64,000 nucleotides of DNA from Gemmatimonadales bacterium. Lineage in GTDB: Bacteria > Gemmatimonadota > Gemmatimonadetes > Gemmatimonadales > GWC2-71-9. Under the pieces are notes generated by a model, which was not told where the DNA came from, did not search any database, and was given only the letters and a program-made list of their open reading frames with translations. Positions 30,591 to 40,703 of this stretch are shown in pieces. Where the stretch lies: the NCBI GenBank assembly GCA_039794085.1, contig JBDIWC010000001.1, positions 64,001 through 128,000 on the forward strand. The letters are read 5' to 3'. Position numbers and translations under genes: made by a program. The stretch's first letter is position 1; each line of letters opens with the position of its first letter.

Positions 30591-31628
30591 ATGGTGATCA
30601 TCATGCGCCCCGATGCGAACCTCCCCGAGGTGGAGGCGGTGGTCGCATCGGTCAATGCGCTCGGATTCCGGGCCCATGTCGTTCCCGGTCTGGCCCGCAC
30701 GGCGGTGGCGGTGATCGGGAATCCCGGCCCGCTCGCCCCGGGGCGGTTCAGCCGGATTCCCGGAGTGGCCCGGACCATCCCCATCACCACCCCCTACCGT
30801 CTCGTGGCCCGCGAGACCCGGGAGGCGCCGACCCGGGTCACCCTCGGAGCCGGTCCGGTGTTCGGCCCCGGGAACCTCGTGGTCCTGGCCGGTCCGTGCG
30901 CCGTGGAGGAGGCCGAGCAGTTTCTGGCCACCGCCGCCGCCGTGGCCCAGGCGGGAGCCACCGTCCTGCGAGGCGGGATCTTCAAGCCCCGGACCTCACC
31001 CTATTCCTTTCAGGGACTGGGCCTCGCCGCTCTTCCGATTCTGGCCCGGGCTCGCGAGGCCACCGGACTCGCCGTCGTGACGGAGGTTGTGGAGCCGGCG
31101 TCGGTCGAGCCGGTCGCCGAGGTGGTGGACATGCTGCAGATCGGCGCCCGGAACATGCAGAACGCCCCCCTCCTCCGCGCCGTGGCCCGCACGGGCAAGC
31201 CGATCCTGCTGAAGCGCGGCCCCGCGGCGACGATCGAGGAGTTTCTCCTGGCGGCGGAATATCTGGTGGTGGAAGGAAACCCCAACGTGGTTCTGTGCGA
31301 GCGCGGCGTACGCGGATTCGATCCGGCGACGCGGTACCTCTTCGATGTCGCGGCGATCCCCCTCCTCCACCGCCTCACGCACCTGCCCGTGATCGCCGAT
31401 CCCAGTCACGCCACGGGCCACCATGCTCTCGTCCCCTCGGTGACCCGCGCGGCGGTCGCCGCCGGTGCGGACGGCGTGCTCGTGGAGGTTCACTCCGATC
31501 CCGGCGCCGCCCGCTCCGATGGTCAACAGAGCCTCAGCCACCCGGAGTTTGACGCGCTGATGCGCTCCCTCCCCCCGATCTGCGCGGCCGTCGGGACATC
31601 CCTGACCGCCCCCATGGCCCACGCGTGA
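30591..31628 (+). CDS. aroF: DAHP synthase type I-beta with N-terminal regulatory domain
   Basis: AGPCAVE, KPRTSPYSFQG, QIGARNMQN, LCERG, DPSHATG. Confidence 0.93.
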   Translation: MVIIMRPDANLPEVEAVVASVNALGFRAHVVPGLARTAVAVIGNPGPLAPGRFSRIPGVARTIPITTPYRLVARETREAPTRVTLGAGPVFGPGNLVVLAGPCAVEEAEQFLATAAAVAQAGATVLRGGIFKPRTSPYSFQGLGLAALPILARAREATGLAVVTEVVEPASVEPVAEVVDMLQIGARNMQNAPLLRAVARTGKPILLKRGPAATIEEFLLAAEYLVVEGNPNVVLCERGVRGFDPATRYLFDVAAIPLLHRLTHLPVIADPSHATGHHALVPSVTRAAVAAGADGVLVEVHSDPGAARSDGQQSLSHPEFDALMRSLPPICAAVGTSLTAPMAHA

Positions 31629-32284
31629 TTGCCCGGTCCGTCCGGGCGATAACCGTCGCCACCGCCCTGCTTCTGCCCGGCCCCCTGGACGCCCAGGAGA
31701 GCGCCGCGGGCGTGCTCCGGGAGGCCAGCCGGGTCTACCGGAACCTGTCATCCCTTTCCGCGGATTTTGAACAGGTCATCGAGGACAGGATGATCGACAC
31801 GCTCCACAGCCGGGGGCAGCTCCTGCAGGCGGGCAACGCGAACCTGCGGATGCGCTTCAGCGACCCCGCAGGGGACCTGATCGTGAGTGACGGCACTCAT
31901 GTCTGGTTCTATCTGCCGAGCACAACCCCGGGGCAGGTCATTCGGACTGAGGTGCCCTCCGACCCCGTCTACGGTCCCAACCTCCTCGCCCGGATCCTCG
32001 ATCGGCCCGAGGAACGGTATGACAGCCGGTACCTCGCTTCGGAAGTCCTCGGGGGACGCGCCACCCACGTGGTGGAACTCATGCCCCGAACCGACTCCCC
32101 CCCCTTCCGGCGTGCCACGGTCTGGATCGATCAGGCCGATGCCCTCCCCCGGCGCATCGAACTGGACGAACCCGGGGGACAACGCCGCATCCTGGTGCTC
32201 ACCCGCCTTCGACCCAACGCTCCGGTGCCTCGGGACGCGTTTCGATTCGTTCCTCCCTCGGGGGTGCGCATCGTCGATCAGTAA
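31625..32284 (+). CDS. lolA: Outer-membrane lipoprotein carrier
   Basis: Signal peptide, SADFEQ, IVSDG..VWFY, FRFVPPSG. Confidence 0.8.
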   Translation: MIARSVRAITVATALLLPGPLDAQESAAGVLREASRVYRNLSSLSADFEQVIEDRMIDTLHSRGQLLQAGNANLRMRFSDPAGDLIVSDGTHVWFYLPSTTPGQVIRTEVPSDPVYGPNLLARILDRPEERYDSRYLASEVLGGRATHVVELMPRTDSPPFRRATVWIDQADALPRRIELDEPGGQRRILVLTRLRPNAPVPRDAFRFVPPSGVRIVDQ

Positions 32285-33876
32285 AGCGTGGCACCCTCCG
32301 CCGTCCGGGCCACCTCGAACATCTCCCGGACCGTCGCCGATCTCCGCAACAACTGCAACGCCATTCCGGCCTGCCGGTCCCGGCCCAGGCGCCTCCGGAC
32401 TTCGGCCTCCCGCCCGATGGCATACCGCGCAATTTCATTCCCCAGGGCACGGTCGAGCAGGCCCCGCAGCACCTCGGCCTCCGGGGGGGAGAGAGGAACC
32501 CCCTCCTCCCGCAACCGGGCCACGAGGCGCGCTCGAAGGGCCGGCGTCACCGCAAAGTCCTCCGGGAACGGGGCACCCTCGGTCCGGAGTTCGAGCGCCA
32601 GTCCGGTCAGCGCCTTCCGATAACCCGCGTACCGATCGCCCAGATCCCGCAGGAATTGGCGTTCCGCGGCATGGAGGGTATCCTGTGGAATCACGAGGTC
32701 GGGCACAATGCCCCCCCCGCCACGCACCTCGCGCCCCTGATCCGTGCGAAAGAGGGGACGGGCCGTGATCGCGGTGTCACCCAGCGGCGCGAACCCCGGG
32801 GATCCGTTCTCCTCGCCGGGGGACGGCGCCTGGATCGTCCTCCCGCTCGGGGTGAACCAGCGGCCCGTGGTGAGGCGGAGCGCGGCGGAATCTCCCAGGG
32901 GGAACACCGACTGGACCACGCCCTTGCCATAGGACGGTTGTCCGATCACCAGGGCCCGATCGTGGTCCTGCAGGGCACCGGCCACGATCTCCGCCGCACT
33001 GGCGGTTCCCTCGTTGATCAGGATCGCCATGGGGAGGTCCCGGTACCGGTCCTGTCCGCTGGCCACATACGTCCGGTTGACCTCGGGGGTGCGTCCCCGC
33101 ACCGCGACGATCTCCTGTCCCCCCGCCAGGAAAAGATCCGCGATCGACACCCCCTGTTCGAGCACCCCGCCCGGATTGCCGCGCAGGTCCAGGAGCAGGC
33201 GGGTCATGCCCAGGGGCTGAAGACTATCCAGCGTTTCCTGCAATTCCGCCGCGGATCGCTCGGTGATGGGGTTGACCGCCACGTACGCCACGCCGGAGTC
33301 GAGGAGGGTGACCGCGATCACCGAGGGGCGATGCACCGCCTGTCGGACCAGGGTGACCTCGAAGGGGCGCGCGACCCCGGGGCGGCGCACCTGGAGCCGC
33401 ACGGCAGAGCCGGCTTCTCCCCGCAGTCGTGCCGAGGCCCCCCGGGTCACCACAGTTCCGTCGATCCGCAGCACCTGGTCCCCGGTTCGCAGTCCGGATT
33501 GCTCGGCGGGTGAATTCGGGAGCACGGCCACCACCGTGGCTCCTCCACCCCGCTGGTCCAGCCGCAGACCCACGCCGAAATAGTTGCCCGTGGTCTGCTC
33601 GGACAACTGCCGGGTTTCGTCACCCAGGAGCAGCTCGGCGTAGTCATCCTCCAGGCCAGCCAGCACCCCTTCGGCGGCGAGTTCGTACAGCTCCCCCGGG
33701 GCCAGCGAATCGACGGCGTGGCGCCGGATCGTCTCGTAGACATTCTGGAAGAGCCGGTTGGACGCGCCCTCCCCCGGCCCCGCGGCCTGGCCGGCCCCGG
33801 ACCGGAGAATGAGTCCCCCACCCAGGAATGCCACCGCCAGAAGCACGGCTCCGGCCCATGGGCGTCCGGAGGTCAT
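32278..33876 (-). CDS. ctpA: C-terminal processing peptidase (S41, PDZ)
   Basis: GVGL PDZ, DLRGNPGG, TASAAEIVAGALQD, GKG, GIVPD. Confidence 0.92.
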   Translation of the reverse strand: MTSGRPWAGAVLLAVAFLGGGLILRSGAGQAAGPGEGASNRLFQNVYETIRRHAVDSLAPGELYELAAEGVLAGLEDDYAELLLGDETRQLSEQTTGNYFGVGLRLDQRGGGATVVAVLPNSPAEQSGLRTGDQVLRIDGTVVTRGASARLRGEAGSAVRLQVRRPGVARPFEVTLVRQAVHRPSVIAVTLLDSGVAYVAVNPITERSAAELQETLDSLQPLGMTRLLLDLRGNPGGVLEQGVSIADLFLAGGQEIVAVRGRTPEVNRTYVASGQDRYRDLPMAILINEGTASAAEIVAGALQDHDRALVIGQPSYGKGVVQSVFPLGDSAALRLTTGRWFTPSGRTIQAPSPGEENGSPGFAPLGDTAITARPLFRTDQGREVRGGGGIVPDLVIPQDTLHAAERQFLRDLGDRYAGYRKALTGLALELRTEGAPFPEDFAVTPALRARLVARLREEGVPLSPPEAEVLRGLLDRALGNEIARYAIGREAEVRRRLGRDRQAGMALQLLRRSATVREMFEVARTAEGATLY

Positions 33877-34499
33877 CGAGACACCTCGGCAGCCCGGCGG
33901 GCCTCCTGGAGGGCCAGCCAGGCCGCCTCCAACACGGCCTCCGGGGCCTCGGTCCCGTCCAGGTGGATCAGGCCCTCGCCCTCAGCGCTCCGGTAGAACT
34001 CCACCACCCGCGCGTGGAACTCCTCGCTTTCCCGGTCCAGACGATCCCCCGTCTTCCCGGCGCTCAGTTGCCGTCCACGCCCCACGGGTGCCTGAAGGTC
34101 GAGCACCAGCGTCAGGTCGGGCTGCAGCCCCCCCGTAGCCGCACGGTTCACCCAGTTCAATGGGTCCGGAGAGATCCCCCGGCCCGCGCCCTGATAGGCT
34201 CGCGTGGAGAGATCATATCGGTCGGAGAGCACCAGACGACCGGCCGAGAGGGCGGGCTGGATGACCCGGGCCACCAGATCGGCCCGGGCGGTGACAGCAT
34301 AGAGGAGCTCTCGCTCCGGGGTGAGGTGATCCCCCTCAAGCATGGCGGACCGGAGCGCTTCCGCCACCGGAGTCCCTCCCGGTTCCCGCACCACAACCGG
34401 CTCGACCCCCTCGGCGCGGAGCCGTGTGGCCAGCGCCGACACCAGGGTGCTCTTCCCGGCGCCCTCCGGGCCCTCCACGACCACAAAAAAACCCGGCAT
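33873..34499 (-). CDS. tmk: Thymidylate kinase
   Basis: EGPEGAGKST, REPGGT, DRY..STRAYQG. Confidence 0.95.
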   Translation of the reverse strand: MPGFFVVVEGPEGAGKSTLVSALATRLRAEGVEPVVVREPGGTPVAEALRSAMLEGDHLTPERELLYAVTARADLVARVIQPALSAGRLVLSDRYDLSTRAYQGAGRGISPDPLNWVNRAATGGLQPDLTLVLDLQAPVGRGRQLSAGKTGDRLDRESEEFHARVVEFYRSAEGEGLIHLDGTEAPEAVLEAAWLALQEARRAAEVSR

Positions 34500-34513
34500 G
34501 CAGGATGCGTTCA

Positions 34514-34864
34514 CTAGAGGGTGATGATGCTGCTGGTGGCGCCCTTTTCGATTCCGGCGCTGATCTGCTGGTTCACGTGGACCATCAGCTTGTCGAAATT
34601 GGCCCGCGCCACCACATAGCTCTGCCCCACCGGACTGAGTTCCAGATCATGGACGGCCTCCTCATACTTCCGGGTCGTGTCCTCATCGGGCATCCCCCCC
34701 TGGTGGATCATGTCGTCCACTTGCCGAGCCAGCGTCTGGATCGCCTCCAGGAGCGCCACCGTCTCGGCGTCGGCCCGCAGGTCCGTTTCCGCTCTCCGCA
34801 GCGCCTTGTACTCCGTGGATTGGCCCAGCAGGCGTCCGAGTTCCCGCGCCTTGTCATCAATCAT
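34514..34864 (-). CDS. YlbF/YmcA-family (Ric-like) helical protein
   Basis: DKARELGRLLGQSTEYKAL...LMVHVNQQI pattern, 116 aa. Confidence 0.75.
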   Translation of the reverse strand: MIDDKARELGRLLGQSTEYKALRRAETDLRADAETVALLEAIQTLARQVDDMIHQGGMPDEDTTRKYEEAVHDLELSPVGQSYVVARANFDKLMVHVNQQISAGIEKGATSSIITL

Positions 34865-35715
34865 GGGATCGGTCCTCGACGCGCGGTGACAAACCGGTCG
34901 CGTCCGAAAAGGTCAACATGTACGGCCACGGCACTCCATCCAGCGTCAGAAGCCAGTGTTGCCACCTTGGCCGCGCGCGAAACATCCACCTCCAGCGCCA
35001 GCATCCCACCAGGCACAAGCACGCGCAGGGCATCCTGCACCAGAACACGGTAGGTGAACATGCCATCCACTCCCCCCACCAGGGCCAGGCCCGGCTCCCA
35101 GTCACGAACACCTGGTTCCAGCAGGCGATGCTCCTCCACCGTCAGATACGGCGGATTGGAGACGACCACGCTCATCGATCCCGCCGCGATCGCCGTCGTG
35201 AGATCGCCTGCAAGGTATCGCACCGGGAGCCCCAGTGCCACGGCGTTGGCCCGGGCCACGGCGAGAGCCTCGCGCGAGACATCCACCCCGATCACCGGAC
35301 CGAGCCGCCCCGCGGATTCCTCGGCCAGGGCCAAGGCCACGCACCCGCTTCCGGTTCCGACATCGAGCACCCGTCCCCCTCCGGGGGGAGCGTGCGCGAA
35401 GACCAGGTCCACCAGCCCCTCGGTCTCAGGTCGGGGAATCAGCACCTGCCGGTTCACCCCGATGCGGAGCCGCCGGAACTCGGTCCATCCAGCGATCTGT
35501 GCCGCCGGCTCCCCGGCACATCGCCGGGTTATGAGGGCCGTGAAGTGGGCCGCCGTCTCCGGGGCAAGCACCTGGTCCCCCCGGAGCGCCGCCATTCCCA
35601 GCGATTCCTCGAGAAGATCGGCGAGAAGACGTCGCGCCTCCCGCCGGGGATCACTCACTCCCGATCGGGCCAGCGCGGACGCGGCCTCCGCGATCGCCTC
35701 CCGCCGGGTGGTCAC
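34861..35715 (-). CDS. prmC: Release factor glutamine methyltransferase
   Basis: VLIPRPETE, DVGTGSG, SNPPY. Confidence 0.95.
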   Translation of the reverse strand: MTTRREAIAEAASALARSGVSDPRREARRLLADLLEESLGMAALRGDQVLAPETAAHFTALITRRCAGEPAAQIAGWTEFRRLRIGVNRQVLIPRPETEGLVDLVFAHAPPGGGRVLDVGTGSGCVALALAEESAGRLGPVIGVDVSREALAVARANAVALGLPVRYLAGDLTTAIAAGSMSVVVSNPPYLTVEEHRLLEPGVRDWEPGLALVGGVDGMFTYRVLVQDALRVLVPGGMLALEVDVSRAAKVATLASDAGWSAVAVHVDLFGRDRFVTARRGPIP

Positions 35716-36777
35716 TCAGGCGCCTGCCCGTTCCTCCCGGCTGGCCACCCGGAGAGCCGCCATGATCTCCTCGAGATCTCCGTCCATGACATCCGGGAGG
35801 TTGTGCACCGAGAGATTGATCCGGTGGTCCGTCACCCGGCTCTGCGGAAAATTGTAGGTACGGATCTTGGCCGAGCGGTCCCCCGTTCCCACCATGGCCT
35901 GGCGCTCGGTCCGTCGGGCCGCCTCCTTCTCGGCGATGGCCCGGTCGAGCAGGCGAGCGCGGAGTACCTCCATCGCCTTGATCTTGTTCTGAAGCTGTGA
36001 TTTCTGGTCCTGCTGGCTCACGACCGTGCCGGTGGGAAGATGGGTGATCCGCACCGCACTGTCGGTCGTGTTCACACTCTGGCCTCCCGGGCCGGAGGAG
36101 CGGAACACGTCGATCTTGAGGTCCTGGGGATCAATGGCCACGTCCACGTCCTCCGCCTCGGGGAGGACGGCCACCGTGGCGGCCGACGTGTGGATCCGAC
36201 CCTGTGATTCCGTGGCCGGAACCCGCTGCACGCGGTGGACCCCCGATTCCCGCCGCAACAGGCCGTAAGCCCCCGGTCCCCGGATCGCGGAGATCACCTC
36301 CTTGATTCCGCCCGCCGCCCCTTCGCTCACGGAGATCGCCTCGACGCGAAGTCGGTTCCGCTCGCAGAATCGAGTGTACATTCGATGGAGTTCCGCGGCG
36401 AAGAGGGCCGCTTCCTCGCCTCCGGTGCCGGCCCGGATCTCCAGGATCGCATCCCGGTCGTCCAGGGGATCCCGGGGAAGGAGAAGGGCGGTGAGCTCGG
36501 CGCGGAGGGCATCGATGGTGCCGGGAAGCCGGTCCAGATCGGCCTGGATGAGGGCGAGAAAATCGGGGTCCTCGGTGTCCTTGGCAAGGTCGCGCGCCTG
36601 CCGGAGTTCCCCCTCCAGCTGGGAGACCTGAGCAGCCAGGCGACCAATCGGAGCCAGCCGGGCATGCTCCCGCCCGAGGGCGGTCAGACGAGCCGGATCT
36701 CGGACCGTTCCGGGATCCGCCAGTTCCCGGGCAACCTCCTCCGCCCGCTCCAGCGCCTGGCGGAGCAGGGCGTCCAT
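35716..36777 (-). CDS. prfA: Peptide chain release factor 1
   Basis: GTGGEEA, VQRVPATE, GGQ, RTYNFPQ. Confidence 0.97.
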   Translation of the reverse strand: MDALLRQALERAEEVARELADPGTVRDPARLTALGREHARLAPIGRLAAQVSQLEGELRQARDLAKDTEDPDFLALIQADLDRLPGTIDALRAELTALLLPRDPLDDRDAILEIRAGTGGEEAALFAAELHRMYTRFCERNRLRVEAISVSEGAAGGIKEVISAIRGPGAYGLLRRESGVHRVQRVPATESQGRIHTSAATVAVLPEAEDVDVAIDPQDLKIDVFRSSGPGGQSVNTTDSAVRITHLPTGTVVSQQDQKSQLQNKIKAMEVLRARLLDRAIAEKEAARRTERQAMVGTGDRSAKIRTYNFPQSRVTDHRINLSVHNLPDVMDGDLEEIMAALRVASREERAGA

Positions 36778-36780
36778 GAC

Positions 36781-36999
36781 TCAGGCCTTGGCGTCGGCCG
36801 CGTCGCTGGCGTACTTGCGGCGGAACCGGTCCACCCGACCCGCGGTGTCCAGCATGCGCTGCTTGCCCGTGAAGTACGGGTGACAGGCGGAACAAACCTC
36901 CACACGGATCGAGTCGGAGGTGGACCGGGTACTGATCGAGTTCCCGCAGGCACAGAGCGCCGTCATGGTCTTGTAGACGGGATGAACATTCGGCTTCAC
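36781..36999 (-). CDS. rpmE: 50S ribosomal protein L31 (Zn-binding form)
   Basis: CACG...CSACHPYFTG; GTG start after AGGAG. Confidence 0.96.
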   Translation of the reverse strand: MKPNVHPVYKTMTALCACGNSISTRSTSDSIRVEVCSACHPYFTGKQRMLDTAGRVDRFRRKYASDAADAKA

Positions 37000-37068
37000 G
37001 CGCAACTCCTTGGGCAGATGCCCTGACCCGGGGGTCCGGGAACCGGGCAAAAATGGCGATAGCCTTGT

Positions 37069-37097
37069 ATTTTACACTGGAATACGGTCTCCAGCAA
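37069..37097 (-). promoter_or_regulatory. Sigma-70-type promoter for the rpmE-prfA operon
   Basis: Minus strand TTGCTG-17 nt-TAAAAT in an AT-rich patch. Confidence 0.6.
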
Positions 37098-37179
37098 GGT
37101 GTGACGTGGGACACGGCGGGAGACGGGAGGGGGCCCCACCTTGGGGGACGTGGTCTCGACCCTGGGCGTCAGGAAGACA

Positions 37180-37863
37180 GTGCCGGTTGCTCCGATCGAC
37201 GTATTGCGCAACATCCCGCTCTTCGGGGCCCTGCCCGTGGAAGACCTCGCCACGTTCGCCGGCCTGATGCGCGAGCGCCACGTATCGCGGGGTTCCATGA
37301 TCCTGATGCAGGGGGACCCGGGGGACGCGCTCTATGTCATCGCACAGGGAAGAGTCAAGATCCTGCTGATCGGCGAGGACGGCCGGGAGGTCATTCTCTC
37401 CGTGATGGAAGAGGGCGCCTTTTTCGGAGACATGGCCCTGCTCGACGATGAACCCCGCTCGGCCCACGTGGTGGCGATGACCGACGCTCGACTCCTCCTC
37501 CTTCGGCGGGAGGACTTTCAGGCCCGGCTCCGTGCCTCCCCCGACGTGGCCATCGGTCTGTTGCGTGAGCTCTCCCGGCGGCTTCGCCGGGCCGACGACA
37601 CCATCGGGAGCCTTGCCCTGCGGGACGTCCAAGGACGGGTCGCCCACCTCATCCTGGAACTGGCCCAGGAGGAGGGAGGACATCGCATCACCCGGCGCCT
37701 CACCCACGCCACGATCGCCCAGATGGTGGGGGCGAGCCGGGAAACCGCCTCGCGTGCCCTCCGATCCCTGGTCACCGCCGGGGTGATTCAGGTCACCCGC
37801 CGTGAGATAACCATCCTTGACCTCGCGGCCCTGAAGGCCACGAGCGAGCGCAGTTCCCGATGA
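37180..37863 (+). CDS. Crp/Fnr family transcriptional regulator
   Basis: cNMP domain FGDMALLDDEPRSA; HTH MVGASRETASR; GTG start after AGGA. Confidence 0.92.
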   Translation: MPVAPIDVLRNIPLFGALPVEDLATFAGLMRERHVSRGSMILMQGDPGDALYVIAQGRVKILLIGEDGREVILSVMEEGAFFGDMALLDDEPRSAHVVAMTDARLLLLRREDFQARLRASPDVAIGLLRELSRRLRRADDTIGSLALRDVQGRVAHLILELAQEEGGHRITRRLTHATIAQMVGASRETASRALRSLVTAGVIQVTRREITILDLAALKATSERSSR

Positions 37864-38732
37864 CCCTGAGCCTCGTGTTCCACGGCACTCGCGGCTCGGT
37901 CCCCGTGTCCGGTGTCGGCACCCTCCGTTACGGAGGAAACACCCCGTGCCTGGAAATCCGATCCGCCGAGGGGGGGGAGGGGGCGGGGCGCGTCATCCTC
38001 GACGCCGGAACCGGCATCCGGTGTGTGCCGCCCGCCCCTCCGGGGACCACCGAAACACTCCTCCTGAGCCACACCCACTGGGACCACATTCAGGGGTTCC
38101 CGTTCTTCCCCTCCCTCCACCAGGAGGGAGTCGCCATCCGCATCCTGGGCCCGGCATCCCCCGATCACTCGGTCCATTCCACCCTCTCGGGAATGATGTC
38201 CCCCCCGGTGTTTCCCCTTCCCCTCACCTCGGTCCCCGCCGACCTGTCGGTGGAGGATCTGACCACCACTCCCACCCTCATCACCACTCCGGACCGCTTC
38301 GAGATCCTCACCCACCCCCTCCACCACACGGGGCCCACCCTGGGGTTCCGGGTGCGGCACGCGGACGGACCCGCCTCCGTGACCTATGTCACAGACAATG
38401 AACTCGGCTCGGACCTATCGTTATCGCGGCGCGTTGCGCTCGTCCAATTCGTGCGGGGATCGAGTCTGCTGGTTCATGACGCGATGTATCGGGACGACGA
38501 AATAGGCACCCGGGCAGGGTGGGGACATTCTTCCATTGGTGAGGCAACTCGGCTCGCTCTGGAGGCTGGGTGCCCGAAGCTGGTACTATTCCATCACGCA
38601 CCCGACCGGTGCGACCGGGCCATTGATGCCATGGCGGACGAGGCCCGGGCGGTGGCGGAAAACCTCGAGGGGACCATCGAGATCATCGCCGCCCATGACA
38701 CGATGCACCTGACCCTCCAGGAGGGGCCATGA
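37860..38732 (+). CDS. MBL-fold metallo-hydrolase (phosphodiesterase-like)
   Basis: GTRGS, YGGNT, DAGTG, SHTHWDHIQG, GWGHS, LFHH. Confidence 0.88.
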   Translation: MTLSLVFHGTRGSVPVSGVGTLRYGGNTPCLEIRSAEGGEGAGRVILDAGTGIRCVPPAPPGTTETLLLSHTHWDHIQGFPFFPSLHQEGVAIRILGPASPDHSVHSTLSGMMSPPVFPLPLTSVPADLSVEDLTTTPTLITTPDRFEILTHPLHHTGPTLGFRVRHADGPASVTYVTDNELGSDLSLSRRVALVQFVRGSSLLVHDAMYRDDEIGTRAGWGHSSIGEATRLALEAGCPKLVLFHHAPDRCDRAIDAMADEARAVAENLEGTIEIIAAHDTMHLTLQEGP

Positions 38733-39421
38733 CATATCGCGTGACCACATTTTTCCTGCTCTCGGCCCTTGGACTCGGCGGGGCGCTCCCCGTGGCCGGA
38801 CAGGACGCCCGTCCGGGACTCGCGGTGCTCCCCTTTGAAAATGGCGGATCCTACGGCAAGAACCGCGAGGATTTCGACGCGCTCAGCCGGGGAATCGCCG
38901 GCATGCTCATCTCCGATCTCAGCCAGGTGCCCAACCTGCGGATCGTCGACCGCGCCCACACCCAGCGGCTGCTCGACGAACAGGATCTGTCCGCGGGGGG
39001 ACGAGTGGACGCCGCCACGGCAGCCCGGGTGGGGCGTTTGGTGGGGGCCCGGTACATGATCGCCGGAACGTTCATCGATCTCTATGGCGAATTTCGGATC
39101 GACGCACGGGTCATCGATGTCGAAACCGGAGAAATACTCCGAACCGTGCGCAGTGACCCCCGCCTCACCGAGGCCAAGGAACTCGACGGAATCATCCGGT
39201 CCGTGGCCACCTCGGTGCTCGAGGGCCTTGACCTCCCCGCTCTCGCCCGCCGGTCGGCCCTTGCCGTGCCCTCGGAGGCGATCACCCTCTATAGCCGCGG
39301 TCTCCTCTACGAGGATCGTGGAGACCAGAGACGGGCGGTGGAGTACTACCGGCGAGCGCTCGACCTCTTTCCGGAGTACGCCGAAGCCCGCGAAGGACTC
39401 CGCAAGGCCGGGAATCGCTGA
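38729..39421 (+). CDS. Exported CsgG/TolB-N-like + TPR protein
   Basis: Signal peptide, AVLPFEN, IVDR, ARVIDVETG, C-terminal TPR. Confidence 0.75.
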   Translation: MTYRVTTFFLLSALGLGGALPVAGQDARPGLAVLPFENGGSYGKNREDFDALSRGIAGMLISDLSQVPNLRIVDRAHTQRLLDEQDLSAGGRVDAATAARVGRLVGARYMIAGTFIDLYGEFRIDARVIDVETGEILRTVRSDPRLTEAKELDGIIRSVATSVLEGLDLPALARRSALAVPSEAITLYSRGLLYEDRGDQRRAVEYYRRALDLFPEYAEAREGLRKAGNR

Positions 39422-39458
39422 GCCCGGGCAAGCGCCGCCCCCCACAGCTGCGGAAGGT

Positions 39459-40703
39459 TCACTCGCGGTCTGACCCGGGAGGCGTTGCGCGGGCCGGAGT
39501 CGTCCCCACCCGTCGCAGGCTCAGCGCGGTTCCAAGCCACAGGGGAACCGCCAGCGCCGCCACGGAACCCGCGGGTTGGGACACGACCCCGCTCACCGAC
39601 AGCAGCGCTCCCAGGAGGGACACCGCGGCTGCCGCGGCCGCCGTCACGCGGGCGGCCTCAACCGCCCCCCGGCGCCCCCGAATCATCCCGGGAAACAGCC
39701 CCAGCAGCACCAACCCCAGCAGATTGGTGTGAAAGAGGTTGGCGTTGCCGTAGGCCACTCGATGGGTGCTCAGGGTCCAGAGGGCGAGGAGCACGAGACC
39801 GGACACGGCGGCGGTCAGAGCCCAGAGTCCCGCCAGCCCGAAGAAAATGCGCTGATGCCCGGCCGTGGCGGCCTGCACCATGATTCCGGACGCCAGGACC
39901 CCCACCAGCAGAAACCACCGTCCCCAGCGTGGCGGCTCCTCCGGAACCGCATAGCGCGCGTCGCCGACCACCTCCTGCTCGGCCACCACCAGGGGCACCA
40001 CCGAGTCGCCGGCGGGCACGGACACCAGGCGCAGGAATCGCTGCAGTTCCTCCGGGAGGAACGACGCCTCCCACGCCGTGATGGGGTGGTCGGTCGACGG
40101 ACCGAGCAGAAGGTCAAGACCGAGATAGACTCCCGGATTGTTGGTGACCGAGCGAAGCGAGTGATCCCGGAACGTGGTCCCCGTGGCTCGGGAGGCCAGT
40201 CCCTCATGCAGCGCGCCGCGCAGGACCCGGTCCAGGACGTCGCGGAGCCGAGTGCTGCAGTTGTCGAGATAGTAGTCGTATGGGTAGGTCCATCCGCCGG
40301 GGCTGGTCACCCGGGCCACGTCCGCATCGAGTGCCGCCTGGAGCTCGGCGATCTGGTCCTGGGTCAGGGCCAACTGCTGGATGCTCACGGAGCGCCCCCG
40401 GGCGCCGTATCCCTGCACCACCCGGGTCACCGTGGCCGAGTCCATCGAGTAGGCCATCTCGCCCAGGGCAAAGCGCAAAAAGAAGCGCTCGGCCCGGAAG
40501 TCGAATCGCCCGTAATCGTAGGCGAGGTCGGTGCGCCCGGGGGGCGCCCCGGGATCATGGATCCAGATGGCGTTGTGCCCGAATCGTTCCCAGACCTCTC
40601 GGCCGGGACCGACCGTCACGAGATAGGCGATCCGGTCCGGGGACGAGGCGAGGGAGGGGTCTCCTCCTTGGAGAAGAGCCGCCAGCGCGGCCGCCGCGAT
40701 CAC
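39459..40703 (-). CDS. DUF4105 / Lnb-like lipoprotein N-acyltransferase
   Basis: GPG...FGHNAI, YDYGRFDF, YDYYLDNCSTRLRD, C-terminal TMs; GTGA overlap. Confidence 0.8.
   Translation of the reverse strand: MIAAAALAALLQGGDPSLASSPDRIAYLVTVGPGREVWERFGHNAIWIHDPGAPPGRTDLAYDYGRFDFRAERFFLRFALGEMAYSMDSATVTRVVQGYGARGRSVSIQQLALTQDQIAELQAALDADVARVTSPGGWTYPYDYYLDNCSTRLRDVLDRVLRGALHEGLASRATGTTFRDHSLRSVTNNPGVYLGLDLLLGPSTDHPITAWEASFLPEELQRFLRLVSVPAGDSVVPLVVAEQEVVGDARYAVPEEPPRWGRWFLLVGVLASGIMVQAATAGHQRIFFGLAGLWALTAAVSGLVLLALWTLSTHRVAYGNANLFHTNLLGLVLLGLFPGMIRGRRGAVEAARVTAAAAAAVSLLGALLSVSGVVSQPAGSVAALAVPLWLGTALSLRRVGTTPARATPPGSDRE

Noticed and set aside
25895..30790. 1631-aa minus-strand ORF
   Set aside because: Antisense shadow of smc and its neighbours; no motifs; expected from high-GC codon bias
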